64,000 nucleotides of DNA from an uncultured Candidatus Saccharibacteria bacterium (GCA_964529785.1 CAZHAQ010000001.1:37502-101501); one strand, 5' to 3'; numbered from the stretch's first letter, positions 40,643 through 53,114 are shown. The notes: generated from the letters alone by a model not told the origin. Made by a program: numbers and translations.

Positions 40643-41060
40643 CGGATATATTGCTGCTTTGGATGTAGGAGAACGGCGCATTGGTGTAGCTATAGCTTCA
40701 ACGATTGCAAGGCTGCCATCACCTTATACAACTATAGATCGTCTCAAGACTAAGGATGTTTATGGCTGGATTAAGGATTTTGTTAAAAAAGAAGAAATTA
40801 TTACAATTGTAATTGGCCTGCCTAGAGATATGACAGGCCGGGAAACAGCTCAAACAGTAAATGTTCGCAAGTTTTCTGAAAAGCTTAGTGAGGTCTTAGA
40901 AACACCTCAGGTGTATCAAGATGAAGCCGTAACGTCAGTTATGGCCGAAGAGCGACTTAAATCCAGAAATAAATCATACGACAAAGCGGACATTGATGCA
41001 GAGGCTGCGGCAATAATATTGCAGGATTATCTAACTGAAAGTCAGCAAAATATAGCATGA
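40626..41060 (+). CDS. ruvX: Holliday junction resolvase-like RNase YqgF/RuvX
   Basis: IAALDVGERRIGVAIAS N-terminus (RuvX GxDxGxKxIGxA motif). Confidence 0.8.
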   Translation: MTATDSGYIAALDVGERRIGVAIASTIARLPSPYTTIDRLKTKDVYGWIKDFVKKEEIITIVIGLPRDMTGRETAQTVNVRKFSEKLSEVLETPQVYQDEAVTSVMAEERLKSRNKSYDKADIDAEAAAIILQDYLTESQQNIA

Positions 41061-42109
41061 AATCATATAAGCATGGCAATAAAATGAGTAGGCGATTAGG
41101 GAGAGTTGTCCTTTCGCTAGCAGTATTGGCGGCCGTACTGATTGCTGGCGGCTATTATGGGATAAATAAACTTTACCATCATAACTTACAGCCAGTAGAC
41201 GCAAGCTCAGAAGAAGATATTAGCTTTACAATCGAGTCAGGTTCCTTAACTCCCCGGATTGCTGAAGTGCTTTATGAAAAGAATCTAATTCGTTCCACCC
41301 AGGCATTCTCTCAGTATGTAAGGTCTAAAGGAGTTGGCCAAGACTTTAAGGCTGGTACGTATAAGCTGCGCAAATCTATGAGTGTCCAGGATATTGTCTC
41401 TAAGCTTGTTAAGGGTGATGTCGCTAATGATCTGTTTACTATAATCCCCGGGAGCAATATTGCCCAGATAAAGAAAAACTTTGCAGATAATACGCATTAT
41501 AGCCAGGATGAAATAGACGCAGCTTTTAATCCTGAAGCATATAGCGGACACCCTGCGTTAGTTGATTTACCCGCAGGCGCTTCTCTGGAAGGTTTTCTAT
41601 ATCCGGACTCTTATCAGTTCATAGCTGAAACTACTCCGCAGACAATAATTAAACAGTCTCTTGATGAAATGGCCGAAGCTTTAACCCCAGAAATTAGAGC
41701 TGGTATAGCCCAGCAGGGGTTGAGCGTTTATCAGGGAATTATTTTAGCATCAATTGTTGAACGTGAAGTCGGCGAGCGCGATAGCAACGGTCATGTAGTA
41801 GATAATCGGGCAAAAGCAGCACAGGTTTTTATTAAAAGGCTTAATATGGGCATGAAGCTTCAGTCTAATGCTACGGACGGCTACCCGCCTGAGTACGACA
41901 CCTATACAATAGATGGTCTGCCACCTGAGCCAATAAGTAGTATTAGCAACAGCTCCCTAGCCGCAGTGGCTCGTCCGGCAGGGACTAATTTCCTATACTT
42001 TGTTTCAGGGTCAGACTGCGTTACCAGATTTAGTGAAACCAATGAGCAGCATGAAGAGCTGAAGGCAGCTCATGGTATTGCCCGCCCAGAAGATAATTGT
42101 CGTGGCTAG
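41057..42109 (+). CDS. mltG: endolytic murein transglycosylase MltG (YceG family)
   Basis: N-terminal TM, the YceG-like segment FKAGTYKLRKSMS, and the LEGFLYPDSYQF motif. The alaS...ruvX-mltG neighbourhood is conserved. Confidence 0.8.
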   Translation: MKSYKHGNKMSRRLGRVVLSLAVLAAVLIAGGYYGINKLYHHNLQPVDASSEEDISFTIESGSLTPRIAEVLYEKNLIRSTQAFSQYVRSKGVGQDFKAGTYKLRKSMSVQDIVSKLVKGDVANDLFTIIPGSNIAQIKKNFADNTHYSQDEIDAAFNPEAYSGHPALVDLPAGASLEGFLYPDSYQFIAETTPQTIIKQSLDEMAEALTPEIRAGIAQQGLSVYQGIILASIVEREVGERDSNGHVVDNRAKAAQVFIKRLNMGMKLQSNATDGYPPEYDTYTIDGLPPEPISSISNSSLAAVARPAGTNFLYFVSGSDCVTRFSETNEQHEELKAAHGIARPEDNCRG

Positions 42110-42208
42110 TTAGAGCTTATGCTTGTTTGACGTCTTTGCTGCCAAGTTGCTAGAATGTCTGTACATACTTATTTTTGCTAACTGATATAAATATATAAGG
42201 ACCAGCTA

Positions 42209-43327
42209 TTGGATATTAGGCCCGCTAAAAAAGGCGCTCCGCGGCAACATACGCCAAACTCAAATATGGCTACGCCCCAAAAGGCAGCCCGCAGGCGCAA
42301 AAAAAAGTTTTTGGCTAAGAAAAATATGGCCAGATACGGCATATTGGGCGTTAATATATTGATAGTTGGTATAGCAATATTCATAGTCATATCTAATTCC
42401 GGCAATAATGCTGCTACTTACAGCGTTAGGGCCAGTGATCAGGCGCCAGTAAATCCACTTGACGAAATTTCAGCAGCAGATATAGCTGTTAACATAGCAA
42501 GAATGACTAATATGTCAGAAATTGCAGCTGTTACAAATTATGCTGACACAGTAAATGCAGAACTTGAAACATTTACTGTTAACAGGGATATTGCCCATAA
42601 ACCACAAATTATGACTGCAGACCTAAAGACTTTAGCCGATATTATCGAGTATATTACTCAACCCGGAGACACGGTCGGCAGTTTGGCGGAAAAATTTGCT
42701 GTTACTTCCGACAGTATAAGGTGGTCAAACGATCTTCAAAATGACAATTTAGAGCCCGGAATCAGACTGCTTATCCCGCCTATGAACGGCATTATCTATA
42801 CAGTTAGAAGCGGCGATACAGCGGAAAAAATTGCGCAGCTTTATAGAATTACCGCTGAACAGGTAATAGTGTTTAATGATGCAGAGTTTACTGGCTTAAC
42901 ACCTGGTAAGATGATTTTCTTACCAAATGCCCAAAAACCAGCCCCCACTTTTAATTTCTTTGTACGTTATGGCAATAATGGTTATGACCCTGGCTGGTGT
43001 ACCTATTACGCGGCTGCGCATGGCGGAGCGCCTCCTGGGTGGGGTCATGCCAGGACATGGGCAGTTAATGCCGCTAGAACTCCAGGGTGGGCGGTAAGCA
43101 AGGTGCCTGTACCTGGTGCTATTGCTCAAACCACTGGAATTAGCGGCGATCGTGTAGGTGGTTCATGGGGGCATGTAGGTGTAGTTGAGCAAGTTAAGCA
43201 GGAAAATGGTCAGTATTACATAAAATATTCCGATATGAACGGCATAGCTGGGTTTAACCGGGTGGGCTACAGCGACTGGGTCCCTGCGCTAGATAAGTAC
43301 CAGAATTTTATATATAAAGTCCAATAG
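42209..43327 (+). CDS. membrane-anchored LysM-LysM-CHAP peptidoglycan hydrolase
   Basis: Basic N-terminus and a TM. Two LysM repeats (YITQPGDTVGSLAEKF..., YTVRSGDTAEKIAQLY...). CHAP domain with Cys (PGWCTYYAA) and His (WGHVGVVEQV). Confidence 0.75.
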   Translation: MDIRPAKKGAPRQHTPNSNMATPQKAARRRKKKFLAKKNMARYGILGVNILIVGIAIFIVISNSGNNAATYSVRASDQAPVNPLDEISAADIAVNIARMTNMSEIAAVTNYADTVNAELETFTVNRDIAHKPQIMTADLKTLADIIEYITQPGDTVGSLAEKFAVTSDSIRWSNDLQNDNLEPGIRLLIPPMNGIIYTVRSGDTAEKIAQLYRITAEQVIVFNDAEFTGLTPGKMIFLPNAQKPAPTFNFFVRYGNNGYDPGWCTYYAAAHGGAPPGWGHARTWAVNAARTPGWAVSKVPVPGAIAQTTGISGDRVGGSWGHVGVVEQVKQENGQYYIKYSDMNGIAGFNRVGYSDWVPALDKYQNFIYKVQ

Positions 43328-43718
43328 AATAATTAATGAGCATAAGCATTAACAGATAGCAAAGCTTGACTTTCGGGATAGGTTTTTGATAATATTTTGA
43401 TTGTGAATTCGATAAGTATAAGCGTATTATTCAATTGCTGTACTTATGTTCACAGCCTTTAGCTAGCACACTTAAGAGATTAAAATTACCAAAACAGGAA
43501 AGGTCGAATTCTTCCTGGTAATATAAGCAATTAAACGCTAGTTATAGGTTAAATGAGGCAAATGCCTCAGGGAGCCGACTATTTTTAGTTTATCCAAAAA
43601 GAGTAAGCGTACTTCCAGTTCATCCGGCGCTTCAATAAGTAGAATATATGCAAATCCACTTCGCAACCCAGCGAAGTACTATAATCGCAATAGAAAACGT
43701 CTTGTCAGATACGGTCTA

Positions 43719-44714
43719 GTGTCTGGTAATATCGCTATTGTTCTAATCTCTATTTTTGTCGTTATAAATAATTCTGGTGGTAGTTCGGCGAAATATAGTG
43801 CTTTAGCGACTGCTGAAGAAGCCCAGACTTCAAACCCTCTAGACACCCTATCTGCTGCAGATATTGCCGTTAACGTTGCATTAATGACTCGCATGCCTGA
43901 GACGGGCTTAATTATCAATGATGCTGACTCTGTAACTGCTGAATTAAATTCTACGGTTAGTTCTCACGAAAGCGTTCTGAAGCCGCAGATACTTAGTTCT
44001 GAGATTAAAACCAAAGAAGATATTAAAGAATATGTAGTTGTCGATGGCGATACATTGGAATCCTTGGCAACAAAGTTCGGAGTTACTTCGGACAGTATTA
44101 AATGGTCCAATAACTTAACGGGCAATAGGCTAAAAGTCGGGTCTACGCTCGTAATACCACCAGTTAACGGTATTGTATATACCGTAAAAAGTGGCGATAC
44201 TATTGAATCGTTGGCCAATAAATATAATGTCGGCCAACAGGCTTTAATTAGTTTTAATGATGTAGAGCTAACAGGATTAGTTGAAGGCGAAAGGATAGTT
44301 TTGCCTGGCGGAGTTATTAAAGCAGCGCCTGCTCCTGCTAGCCGGCCATTTTATGCAGGATTTGCTTTCGGGAATACTGCGGTTTACGGGTATAACGGCT
44401 ATGTACCAGGTTATTGTACTTGGTATGTTGCTAACAAGCGTGCAGAAATTGGTCGTCCGCTACCTGCAAACTTGGGTAACGCTGGACCTTGGGCTAGAAG
44501 TGCACCGCGGGCAGGCCTGACTGTCAATCGTACGCCAGCAGCTGGAGCTGCAGTAGTCACGGACTTGAGTAATCCCGGTCATGTTGGCTTTGTGGAATAT
44601 GTAAATGAAGATGGTAGCGTATTTATATCTGAGATGAATCGCAGGCGTAGGTACGAGGTTACGACAAGGCTGCTAAGCCCAGCTGAAGCTGCCAGATACA
44701 CCTACATCCATTAA
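43719..44714 (+). CDS. LysM-LysM-CHAP peptidoglycan hydrolase, paralog of the upstream gene
   Basis: About 50% identical architecture (LysM x2, CHAP Cys GYCTWYVA, His PGHVGFVEYV). GTG start from the ORF track. Conserved N-terminal homology continues upstream to about 43557 with no in-frame ATG/GTG/TTG. Confidence 0.7.
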   Translation: MSGNIAIVLISIFVVINNSGGSSAKYSALATAEEAQTSNPLDTLSAADIAVNVALMTRMPETGLIINDADSVTAELNSTVSSHESVLKPQILSSEIKTKEDIKEYVVVDGDTLESLATKFGVTSDSIKWSNNLTGNRLKVGSTLVIPPVNGIVYTVKSGDTIESLANKYNVGQQALISFNDVELTGLVEGERIVLPGGVIKAAPAPASRPFYAGFAFGNTAVYGYNGYVPGYCTWYVANKRAEIGRPLPANLGNAGPWARSAPRAGLTVNRTPAAGAAVVTDLSNPGHVGFVEYVNEDGSVFISEMNRRRRYEVTTRLLSPAEAARYTYIH

Positions 44715-44754
44715 ACCTCTGTTCATTAGTGTAAAAATATTGTATAATTTATAA

Positions 44755-46038
<1,284 letters not shown>

Positions 46039-46063
46039 TATAATGCAATAATTATGTAATAAT

Positions 46064-46099
46064 ATGCTTGATGGCGAGATCCGCTATTGCATCAAGCAT
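46064..46099 (+). other. perfect 10-bp inverted repeat hairpin at the edge of a GC-elevated segment
   Basis: ATGCTTGATG (46064-46073) and CATCAAGCAT (46090-46099) with a 16-nt loop. No T-run follows. Confidence 0.35.
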
Positions 46100-46121
46100 G
46101 ATGCCTCACCTTTCTTAGGAG

Positions 46122-46310
46122 GTGAAAATGAAAGGGTCCTTGCAGAGAAGAACTGACTCCGGCGGTTATTTGCTGGTGGGTTTGTTCATCCTGGCGTTCG
46201 CTCTCGGCGTGTACTACTTGACGGTGGATAAGTCTCCGTCTTTAGCATTGCTGATGGGTGCCTGTGCCGTGCTTGCCGCTTTAGGCTTGCTCTTCGGTAT
46301 CAGGCGATGA
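46122..46310 (+). CDS. small two-TM hypothetical membrane protein
   Basis: 62 aa, strong SD AGGAGGTG 7 nt upstream. Lies in a segment of elevated GC (about 50%). Confidence 0.3.
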   Translation: MKMKGSLQRRTDSGGYLLVGLFILAFALGVYYLTVDKSPSLALLMGACAVLAALGLLFGIRR

Positions 46311-46615
46311 AACGCGGCCACTAGACTCTACCCGGAGGTAAAAACCACTGTGAAGTGGCGAGTATTTAATTGGCAGCCTGCCATATAAATGCGAGGGGAT
46401 GCGCCTTTATGGTGCTTGAGAGTACGGTCTTGGCGAAAGAATAAGTCAAGAATGAGGCTCAATAAAGGGGCGGTACGTTGCAGCTTTTTGGCTAAATGCC
46501 TTTTTCTTAAGCTCCGTACCGTCCTATACACTGTCAACATATAGATTGTTCTGACGAGTTTTGCTGATCACTAATGTGCCAAGGCTGAACGAAACAGTGT
46601 TAAAATAATCTTGTA

Positions 46616-48055
46616 ATGAGTGCAAGCTTTTATTTTTACGATCTTGAAACCAGCGGAATTAGTCCGCGGCAATCAAGGATTATGCAGTTCGCTGGTCAGC
46701 GAACCGACCTGCAGCTTAGGCCAATCGCTGAACCGGACAACATTTTAATCAAATTAACTGATGATGTATTGCCGCAGCCCGATGCAATTCTAATCACTGG
46801 CATCACTCCTCAGATGACTATAGCTGACGGCATTACAGAAGCTGAGTTTCTAAGATATTTTACAGACAATATAGCTATCAAAGATACTATCTTTACTGGT
46901 TTTAATACGATTAGATTTGACGACGAATTTATGCGGTTTCTACATTACCGCAACTTTTATGATGCCTATGAATGGGCTTGGCGCGATGGCAGGTCTCGCT
47001 GGGATATTCTGGATGTAGTAAGAATGACTAGAGCACTAAGGCCTGATGGAATAGAATGGCCATTCAAACCGGACGGTCAGCAGACTAACCGCCTGGAACT
47101 GCTAACGGCGGTTAATAAGCTTGAGCATAATAATGCCCATGATGCGCTTAGTGATGTTAACGCTACAATCGCTGTTGCCAGACTTATACATAACAAACAG
47201 CCAAAATTATTTGAATACTTACTGGGGATGAGAGACAAGAATAAAGTAAAAAACTTAGTCCAGTCTGGCGAAGGGTTTGTATATACTAGCGGCAAGTATC
47301 CAAGCGCATATCAGAAGACGACAGTAGCGGTTAATTTGGGTGAGCATCCTGGTAAGCAGGGATCTTTGATTTATGATCTTAGATGCGATCCAGAAGAGCT
47401 TGTACATCTTTCTCCGGCAGAGCTTGCGGTCGCTTGGCGAGATCGCCCAGAAGATGAGACTAAAAGATTTCCTGTAAAGACCCTTCAGTTTAACAGGTGT
47501 CCAGCAGTTGCTCCTATCGCGGTCTTGGATAAATCTAGCCAGGAGCGACTCAAAATAGACTTAAATAAAATAAACGACAATCACAGAAAACTAGTAAAAT
47601 ATCCGGACTTTTATAAGAATTTACTAGCAGCCATAAATATAATGGATAAGCAGCGGCAGGCCAATCTTCTTACTGTTGCTCAAGAGGTTGACGAGCGGCT
47701 TTATGATGGATTCTTTAATGATGGCGATAGGACGGCTATGTCGGTAGTGCGTGCAGCGGATAGTAGTGAAATAGGGAGCTTGAACATGCAGTTTAACGAC
47801 CAAAGGCTTAATGACCTGTTGCCCCTGTATAAGGCCCGCAACTATCTCGCCTATTTAAGCCAGGAAGAAAGAGAGGCTTGGGAAAAGCATCGTTCTCACG
47901 CTTTGATGGACGGCGGTGAAAAAAGCCAGGTAAGCAAATTCTTCACAAGGCTTAGTGAATTGTCTTCTAAGCCCGATCTGTCTTCAAACGAGCAATATCT
48001 CCTCCAGGAACTTCAGCTTTATGGAGAGAGCATATTACCGTCAAGCGATATTTAA
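46616..48055 (+). CDS. sbcB: exodeoxyribonuclease I
   Basis: DnaQ-like exonuclease N-terminus FYFYDLETSGISP...IMQFAGQRTD, the HNAHDALSDV motif, and the SH3-like/helical ExoI C-terminal domains. 479 aa. Confidence 0.8.
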   Translation: MSASFYFYDLETSGISPRQSRIMQFAGQRTDLQLRPIAEPDNILIKLTDDVLPQPDAILITGITPQMTIADGITEAEFLRYFTDNIAIKDTIFTGFNTIRFDDEFMRFLHYRNFYDAYEWAWRDGRSRWDILDVVRMTRALRPDGIEWPFKPDGQQTNRLELLTAVNKLEHNNAHDALSDVNATIAVARLIHNKQPKLFEYLLGMRDKNKVKNLVQSGEGFVYTSGKYPSAYQKTTVAVNLGEHPGKQGSLIYDLRCDPEELVHLSPAELAVAWRDRPEDETKRFPVKTLQFNRCPAVAPIAVLDKSSQERLKIDLNKINDNHRKLVKYPDFYKNLLAAINIMDKQRQANLLTVAQEVDERLYDGFFNDGDRTAMSVVRAADSSEIGSLNMQFNDQRLNDLLPLYKARNYLAYLSQEEREAWEKHRSHALMDGGEKSQVSKFFTRLSELSSKPDLSSNEQYLLQELQLYGESILPSSDI

Positions 48056-48313
48056 AGAGCTATTAGTTGTATAGCTGCAATATGACGAGCTTTTTTACGT
48101 ACTGATGAACCAAGAAAATGCCAGTAACATCCCGCACCCAAAGTGACAGCTGACATGGTTAATAAGTAGTTAAAAAAAGAGATTTGGATAGATGTTCCAG
48201 GCACATAGCCTAAAACTATAAAATTTAACATTGTGCCACCTCGTAAAGTTTAAATGGATTATAATACTAGAGTGGCAATGATGTCAATAATATTATATAA
48301 TGCTTATGCTAAA

Positions 48314-48763
48314 TTAAACTTCTATGCCCGTAGTCCATGGCTTGCTTTTGCGTGATTTTTTTATAAGATCACTAAATTTACCAAAGCGATCTCTATTTAA
48401 CAGTAGGATGAATAAGCTGAAACAAATGGCCATGACCGCAGCACCTTCGACATATCTATTGTCATGCTGAACAAGTACATAGGCTCCTATTAAAGCAATG
48501 CTACTAAACACTACATCATAGGTATGACGAACCCATTGAATGTTGGGAAATAGCAATCTTTTAAAGCTGACACCATGAAGCTTAGCGGTTTCCAGCCAGC
48601 GTTCAGCCCAGTCATGATTAACTGCAAGAAAACTTAATCCTAAAATCAGTAGCGGTATACCGCCAGGCCCTGGCAGCCAACCAAATAAAATTACACCAAT
48701 AAAACAAAGTAGCGCCAATGTATCAAAAACAATTATTTTGCCGTATCGTTTTAGTTTGACCAT
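48314..48763 (-). CDS. PGPGW-family small membrane protein
   Basis: LPGPGGIPLLILGLSFLAVNHDWAERW motif. 4 predicted TM. Confidence 0.45.
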   Translation of the reverse strand: MVKLKRYGKIIVFDTLALLCFIGVILFGWLPGPGGIPLLILGLSFLAVNHDWAERWLETAKLHGVSFKRLLFPNIQWVRHTYDVVFSSIALIGAYVLVQHDNRYVEGAAVMAICFSLFILLLNRDRFGKFSDLIKKSRKSKPWTTGIEV

Positions 48764-48884
48764 ATACTTGAAGAGTATACCAAAAATTATAGGGTATGTA
48801 ATTATTTACAGATTGTAAAGGCTGGAATACTGGAAAAAAGTTAATTTTTAAGATATAATCCATCCGTTTAGGAGTAATTAAAAC

Positions 48885-51695
48885 GTGGCTGATTATATTG
48901 TTGTCAAAGGTGCAAGAGAGCATAATCTCAAGAACGTTGATCTGACTATACCGAGAGAAAAGCTAGTTGTTATTACTGGACTATCTGGTTCGGGCAAATC
49001 CAGCTTAGCTTTTGACACGATTTATGCAGAAGGCCAACGGCGCTACGTAGAGTCTCTGAGCTCCTATGCTCGCCAGTTCTTAGGGGTAATGGAAAAACCG
49101 GATGTTGATCAAATAGATGGCCTAAGTCCGGCAATATCTATTGATCAGAAATCAACTAGCCGTAACCCGAGAAGTACAGTGGCGACAGTCACCGAAATTT
49201 ATGATTATTTAAGACTGCTTTACGCTCGGATTGGTACACCGCACTGCCCAATCTGCGGGCAAGCTGTAACCAGACAGACAACCCAGAATATTATTGAGCA
49301 AATCGTTGCTTTGCCAGACAGCGCTAAGCTGATTGTGCTAGCTCCAGTAGTTATTGATAAAAAGGGTGCATTTGAACATGTACCCGAACAGTTCATGAGA
49401 CTGGGGTTTGCTAGGGCTAGGGTAGATGGCGTTATCTATGCATTGGATGAATTTCCAGAACTGGATAAAAACTACAAGCATACCATTGAAATTGTTGTAG
49501 ACCGTCTTGTTAATGATGAAGCTAGCCGTAGCCGTTTAGCGCAGAGCGTTGAACAGGCATTAGATTTAGCTGATGGAAAAATAATGGTTCATAATGCCGA
49601 TACAGAATCGGACACTATATATTCGCTTCGCTATGCGTGTGTCAATCATCCTGATGTTGCCATCCCAGAGCTTGAGCCTCGAACTTTTAGCTTTAACTCT
49701 CCCCATGGCGCATGTCCAGTATGTACCGGGCTTGGCAATCGGCTGGAAGTCGATCCTGATCTTGTGATACCAAACGGTAGGCTAACAATAGCAGAAGGTG
49801 CAATCAGGCCCTATAACCGCATAAACGTGGATGCCTGGTATATGAAGAAGATGCAGGCTGTAGCAGATGCTTATGGATTTAGTTTGAACGCACCTACTGG
49901 CGAACTTAAACCGGAAGACCTACAAAGAATCTTATACGGTACAGGTAACCAGACTTACCGTGTTTCCCTCGGAATAGGCCGCAGCTTCAATTCAACCTAT
50001 GAGGGCGTTATACCTAATTTAGAGCGTAGACATAAAGAAACTGACAGTGACTTTATCCGCCGTGACATAGAAAGATTCATGCAGGAAAGACCATGCGCCG
50101 TCTGTAAGGGGCGCCGGCTTAAGCCTGAAGTGCTAGCAATCACTATTAATAATCTGTCTATTATGGATATTTGTGAATTATCTATAGATGATGCAGTCGA
50201 TACTTTTAAGAGCATTAAGCTCGATGAGACACAGAAGCATATTGCCGAGCAGGTATTTAAAGAAATTAATGCTCGTCTTAAATTTATGCAGGATGTCGGT
50301 CTTAACTATTTGAATCTGGCTCGTAGTGCAGTTAGTTTAAGTGGAGGCGAAGCTCAACGTATTCGGCTAGCAACTCAAATTGGCTCTGGACTGCAAGGTG
50401 TTTTATATGTACTGGACGAGCCGAGCATCGGGCTTCATCAGCGAGATAATGAGCGGCTTATTAAGACGCTTGAACACCTGAGAAATCTAGGCAATACCGT
50501 AATTGTCGTGGAGCACGACGAGGATACTATCCGAACGGCAGACTATCTAGTAGACATTGGCCCGGGAGCAGGCGTTCACGGCGGTAAAATTGTAGCTACA
50601 GGTACACCTGATGAGGTGGCAAATACAAAAAATAGTATTACTGGCAAGTACTTGCGAGGCGAAGAGACTATCCCCGTGCCTAAAAAGCGCCGCAAGGGCA
50701 ACGGTAAGTTTTTAAGTATTAAGGGTGCCAGGGAAAACAACCTCAAAAACGTTAGCGTAGACATACCACTAGGCCAGTTGGTCGTGGTTAGCGGAGTTAG
50801 CGGTTCAGGGAAATCTAGCTTAATAAATGATATATTGGCCAAAGAACTTCAAGCCAGATTAATGCGGGCAAATATGGTGCCTGGAAAACACGATGACATA
50901 GTAGGGATTAAGGAACTGGATAAGGCGATTGTAATTGACCAGTCGCCAATTGGTCGCACGCCGCGTAGCAACCCGGCTACATATACAGGGCTGTTTACTC
51001 CAATTCGCGAACTGTTTGCCAGTACTCCTGAGGCAAAAATCCGCGGTTATAAAGCTGGCAGATTTAGCTTTAACGTTAAGGGTGGCCGCTGTGAAAACTG
51101 TACTGGCGATGGAATCATAAAGATAGAAATGCATTTCCTGCCAGACGTTTATGTTCCCTGTGAGGTATGTCATGGCAAGCGCTATAATCGTGAAGCTTTA
51201 GAAATCCACTATAAAGGCAAAACAATCAGCGACGTACTTCAAATGACAGTTGAACAGGCACTAGTTTTCTTTGAAAATATGCCTAATATTGCTAAAAAAT
51301 TACAAACATTAGTAGATGTTGGCTTAGGCTATATCGGACTTGGCCAGCCAGCAACAACACTTTCAGGCGGCGAAGCTCAGAGAATTAAGTTGGCCACCGA
51401 GCTGTCTCGGCGAGCTACCGGTAGAACTCTCTACATACTTGACGAGCCGACAACTGGGTTGCATATGGCAGATGTAAAAAAACTGCTAGAGGTAATTCAT
51501 GCCCTGGTAGATACTGGTAATTCAATGGTTATTATCGAGCATAATTTAGATGTTATAAAATCAGCTGACTTTATTATTGACATGGGGCCAGAAGGTGGCG
51601 ACAAAGGCGGTACTGTAGTTGCGACTGGCGCGCCCGAAGAGATTGCTAGAGCTAAGGGTTCATATACTGGAAAATACTTGAATAATATGCTATAA
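48885..51695 (+). CDS. uvrA: excinuclease ABC subunit A
   Basis: Two ABC ATPase modules ([28 protein letters not shown]), LSGGE signatures and zinc-finger Cys clusters. 936 aa. GTG start. Confidence 0.95.
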   Translation: MADYIVVKGAREHNLKNVDLTIPREKLVVITGLSGSGKSSLAFDTIYAEGQRRYVESLSSYARQFLGVMEKPDVDQIDGLSPAISIDQKSTSRNPRSTVATVTEIYDYLRLLYARIGTPHCPICGQAVTRQTTQNIIEQIVALPDSAKLIVLAPVVIDKKGAFEHVPEQFMRLGFARARVDGVIYALDEFPELDKNYKHTIEIVVDRLVNDEASRSRLAQSVEQALDLADGKIMVHNADTESDTIYSLRYACVNHPDVAIPELEPRTFSFNSPHGACPVCTGLGNRLEVDPDLVIPNGRLTIAEGAIRPYNRINVDAWYMKKMQAVADAYGFSLNAPTGELKPEDLQRILYGTGNQTYRVSLGIGRSFNSTYEGVIPNLERRHKETDSDFIRRDIERFMQERPCAVCKGRRLKPEVLAITINNLSIMDICELSIDDAVDTFKSIKLDETQKHIAEQVFKEINARLKFMQDVGLNYLNLARSAVSLSGGEAQRIRLATQIGSGLQGVLYVLDEPSIGLHQRDNERLIKTLEHLRNLGNTVIVVEHDEDTIRTADYLVDIGPGAGVHGGKIVATGTPDEVANTKNSITGKYLRGEETIPVPKKRRKGNGKFLSIKGARENNLKNVSVDIPLGQLVVVSGVSGSGKSSLINDILAKELQARLMRANMVPGKHDDIVGIKELDKAIVIDQSPIGRTPRSNPATYTGLFTPIRELFASTPEAKIRGYKAGRFSFNVKGGRCENCTGDGIIKIEMHFLPDVYVPCEVCHGKRYNREALEIHYKGKTISDVLQMTVEQALVFFENMPNIAKKLQTLVDVGLGYIGLGQPATTLSGGEAQRIKLATELSRRATGRTLYILDEPTTGLHMADVKKLLEVIHALVDTGNSMVIIEHNLDVIKSADFIIDMGPEGGDKGGTVVATGAPEEIARAKGSYTGKYLNNML

Positions 51696-51704
51696 TAGCA
51701 TGTT

Positions 51705-52292
51705 ATGAGTACTAGACGAGAAGAGCAGTTGAGGATCGCGGCTGATAACTTTTTATTTTATGCGTGGGGACGTGATATAGCTGTTGGAGGTTTCGGTGAA
51801 ACGGAAGAAGATGTACCCCCTAGCAAAGTTCTTGAAGTAGCATATTTTGCAGGTACAGTCATGTTTAATGCGGTTACTAGAATGGCTGTAGCAGGATTCC
51901 GCGCGCAACGAATTAATCCTAGGCACTACAAAGCTACATCAACTAGTTCACCTGAAAAAATGAGTGAATTTGCTAGTGAAGCTGTGGAGTTAGCCCACAG
52001 TGACGAAGAATTTAAAGTTAAGCTTGAACGAGTAACTACCAGCCTAATACCAAAAATGGCTACTAGAGTTTGCGTGTTGGTAGAAAAGCCTGAGTCTCTC
52101 CTAAGTTACTCTTTCCAGTATGCAGCAGACCATGACGACATTAGGGAAATGAAGTTTAACCATACTCCATTCGGGCTTACCTTAAAAGAGTTGGCAGTAA
52201 GTGATGTGCATGATGATTTCAAGGAATACAGCGATACCCAGAATCTTGATTTAAGCAAATTACTTTTAAGGCAGCGTAGAGGCAGTAATTAG
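51705..52292 (+). CDS. hypothetical protein
   Basis: 195 aa. No motif. Confidence 0.3.
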   Translation: MSTRREEQLRIAADNFLFYAWGRDIAVGGFGETEEDVPPSKVLEVAYFAGTVMFNAVTRMAVAGFRAQRINPRHYKATSTSSPEKMSEFASEAVELAHSDEEFKVKLERVTTSLIPKMATRVCVLVEKPESLLSYSFQYAADHDDIREMKFNHTPFGLTLKELAVSDVHDDFKEYSDTQNLDLSKLLLRQRRGSN

Positions 52293-52993
52293 GCGCGCAC
52301 ATCTTCCTCGATGTCTTCGGCTATTTCTTTTAATTCTTCTCTAATTTCTTTTTCTTCCTGTAGCTCTTGTCTAGTCTTCTTATGCTTGGATTTTAGTTTA
52401 AAGTACTGATACGCCGCGGGGCCAAACGCCAGTATGGTAGTTACGCCAATCGCTATTAGCAGGTATTTTTCCAAGTCTTCTACTTTGTCGCCCAGCAAGT
52501 TGGCTAGTAAATAGCCTATCATGGTTACGCCGATACCCCAGACTACTGCACCTAATATATTAAAGAATAGGAAGCGTTTTCTTGGCATATGGCCTACACC
52601 AGCGATTAAAGGAGCAAATGTGCGCACAATAGGTACGAATCTAGCTATTATAATAGTTTTACCGCCGTGTACTTCATAGAATTTGCCAGCTCTTACAAGG
52701 TGTTCTGGATCAAATAAGAAACTCTCTTTTTTTCTAAATATCCTTTTACCTGTTCGCCTGCCAATTTCATATCCGACATTATCGCCAATTACCGCTGCGA
52801 GAACAATTACAATCAGTAAGGGCAGTAATGGAATTCTGCCAGTGGCAGCAAAAGAGCCGGCTAGCAACAGGGTAGTGTCACCGCCTGGAAGCAGGACTCC
52901 AATTAAAAGACCGCTTTCTGCAAACACCACAAAGCCAACGGCAATTAGTCCGATTAAGCCGCCGGAACGTATCAAATTTTCAAAATAACCCAT
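52289..52993 (-). CDS. DedA/TVP38 family membrane protein with a charged C-terminal extension
   Basis: GLLIGVLLPGGDTTLLLAGSFAATG and ARFVPIVRTFAPLIAG DedA motifs. Confidence 0.75.
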   Translation of the reverse strand: MGYFENLIRSGGLIGLIAVGFVVFAESGLLIGVLLPGGDTTLLLAGSFAATGRIPLLPLLIVIVLAAVIGDNVGYEIGRRTGKRIFRKKESFLFDPEHLVRAGKFYEVHGGKTIIIARFVPIVRTFAPLIAGVGHMPRKRFLFFNILGAVVWGIGVTMIGYLLANLLGDKVEDLEKYLLIAIGVTTILAFGPAAYQYFKLKSKHKKTRQELQEEKEIREELKEIAEDIEEDVRA

Positions 52994-53114
52994 ATCAAAG
53001 TAGTATACAGCAATAAATATCAGAATTTTATAAATTAAAATCTAAAGTGATTATGAATATCTAAAGTTGCATCTGCTATACTATTACTACGATAACTTCT
53101 AGAGGGGATAAAAC

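Noticed and set aside
46330-46600. Searched the GC-elevated non-coding stretch for RNase P RNA, SRP RNA or 6S RNA signatures.
   Set aside because: None of the universally conserved motifs (e.g. GGAAAGUCCGG, SRP domain IV) are present. It is left as an unassigned structured region.
48050-48156. 35-aa minus-strand ORF MSAVTLGAGCYWHFLGSSVRKK... faintly resembling the MsrA N-terminal GCFWG motif; possible msrA remnant.
   Set aside because: It is too short, and the similarity is limited to 6-7 residues. It could be chance.
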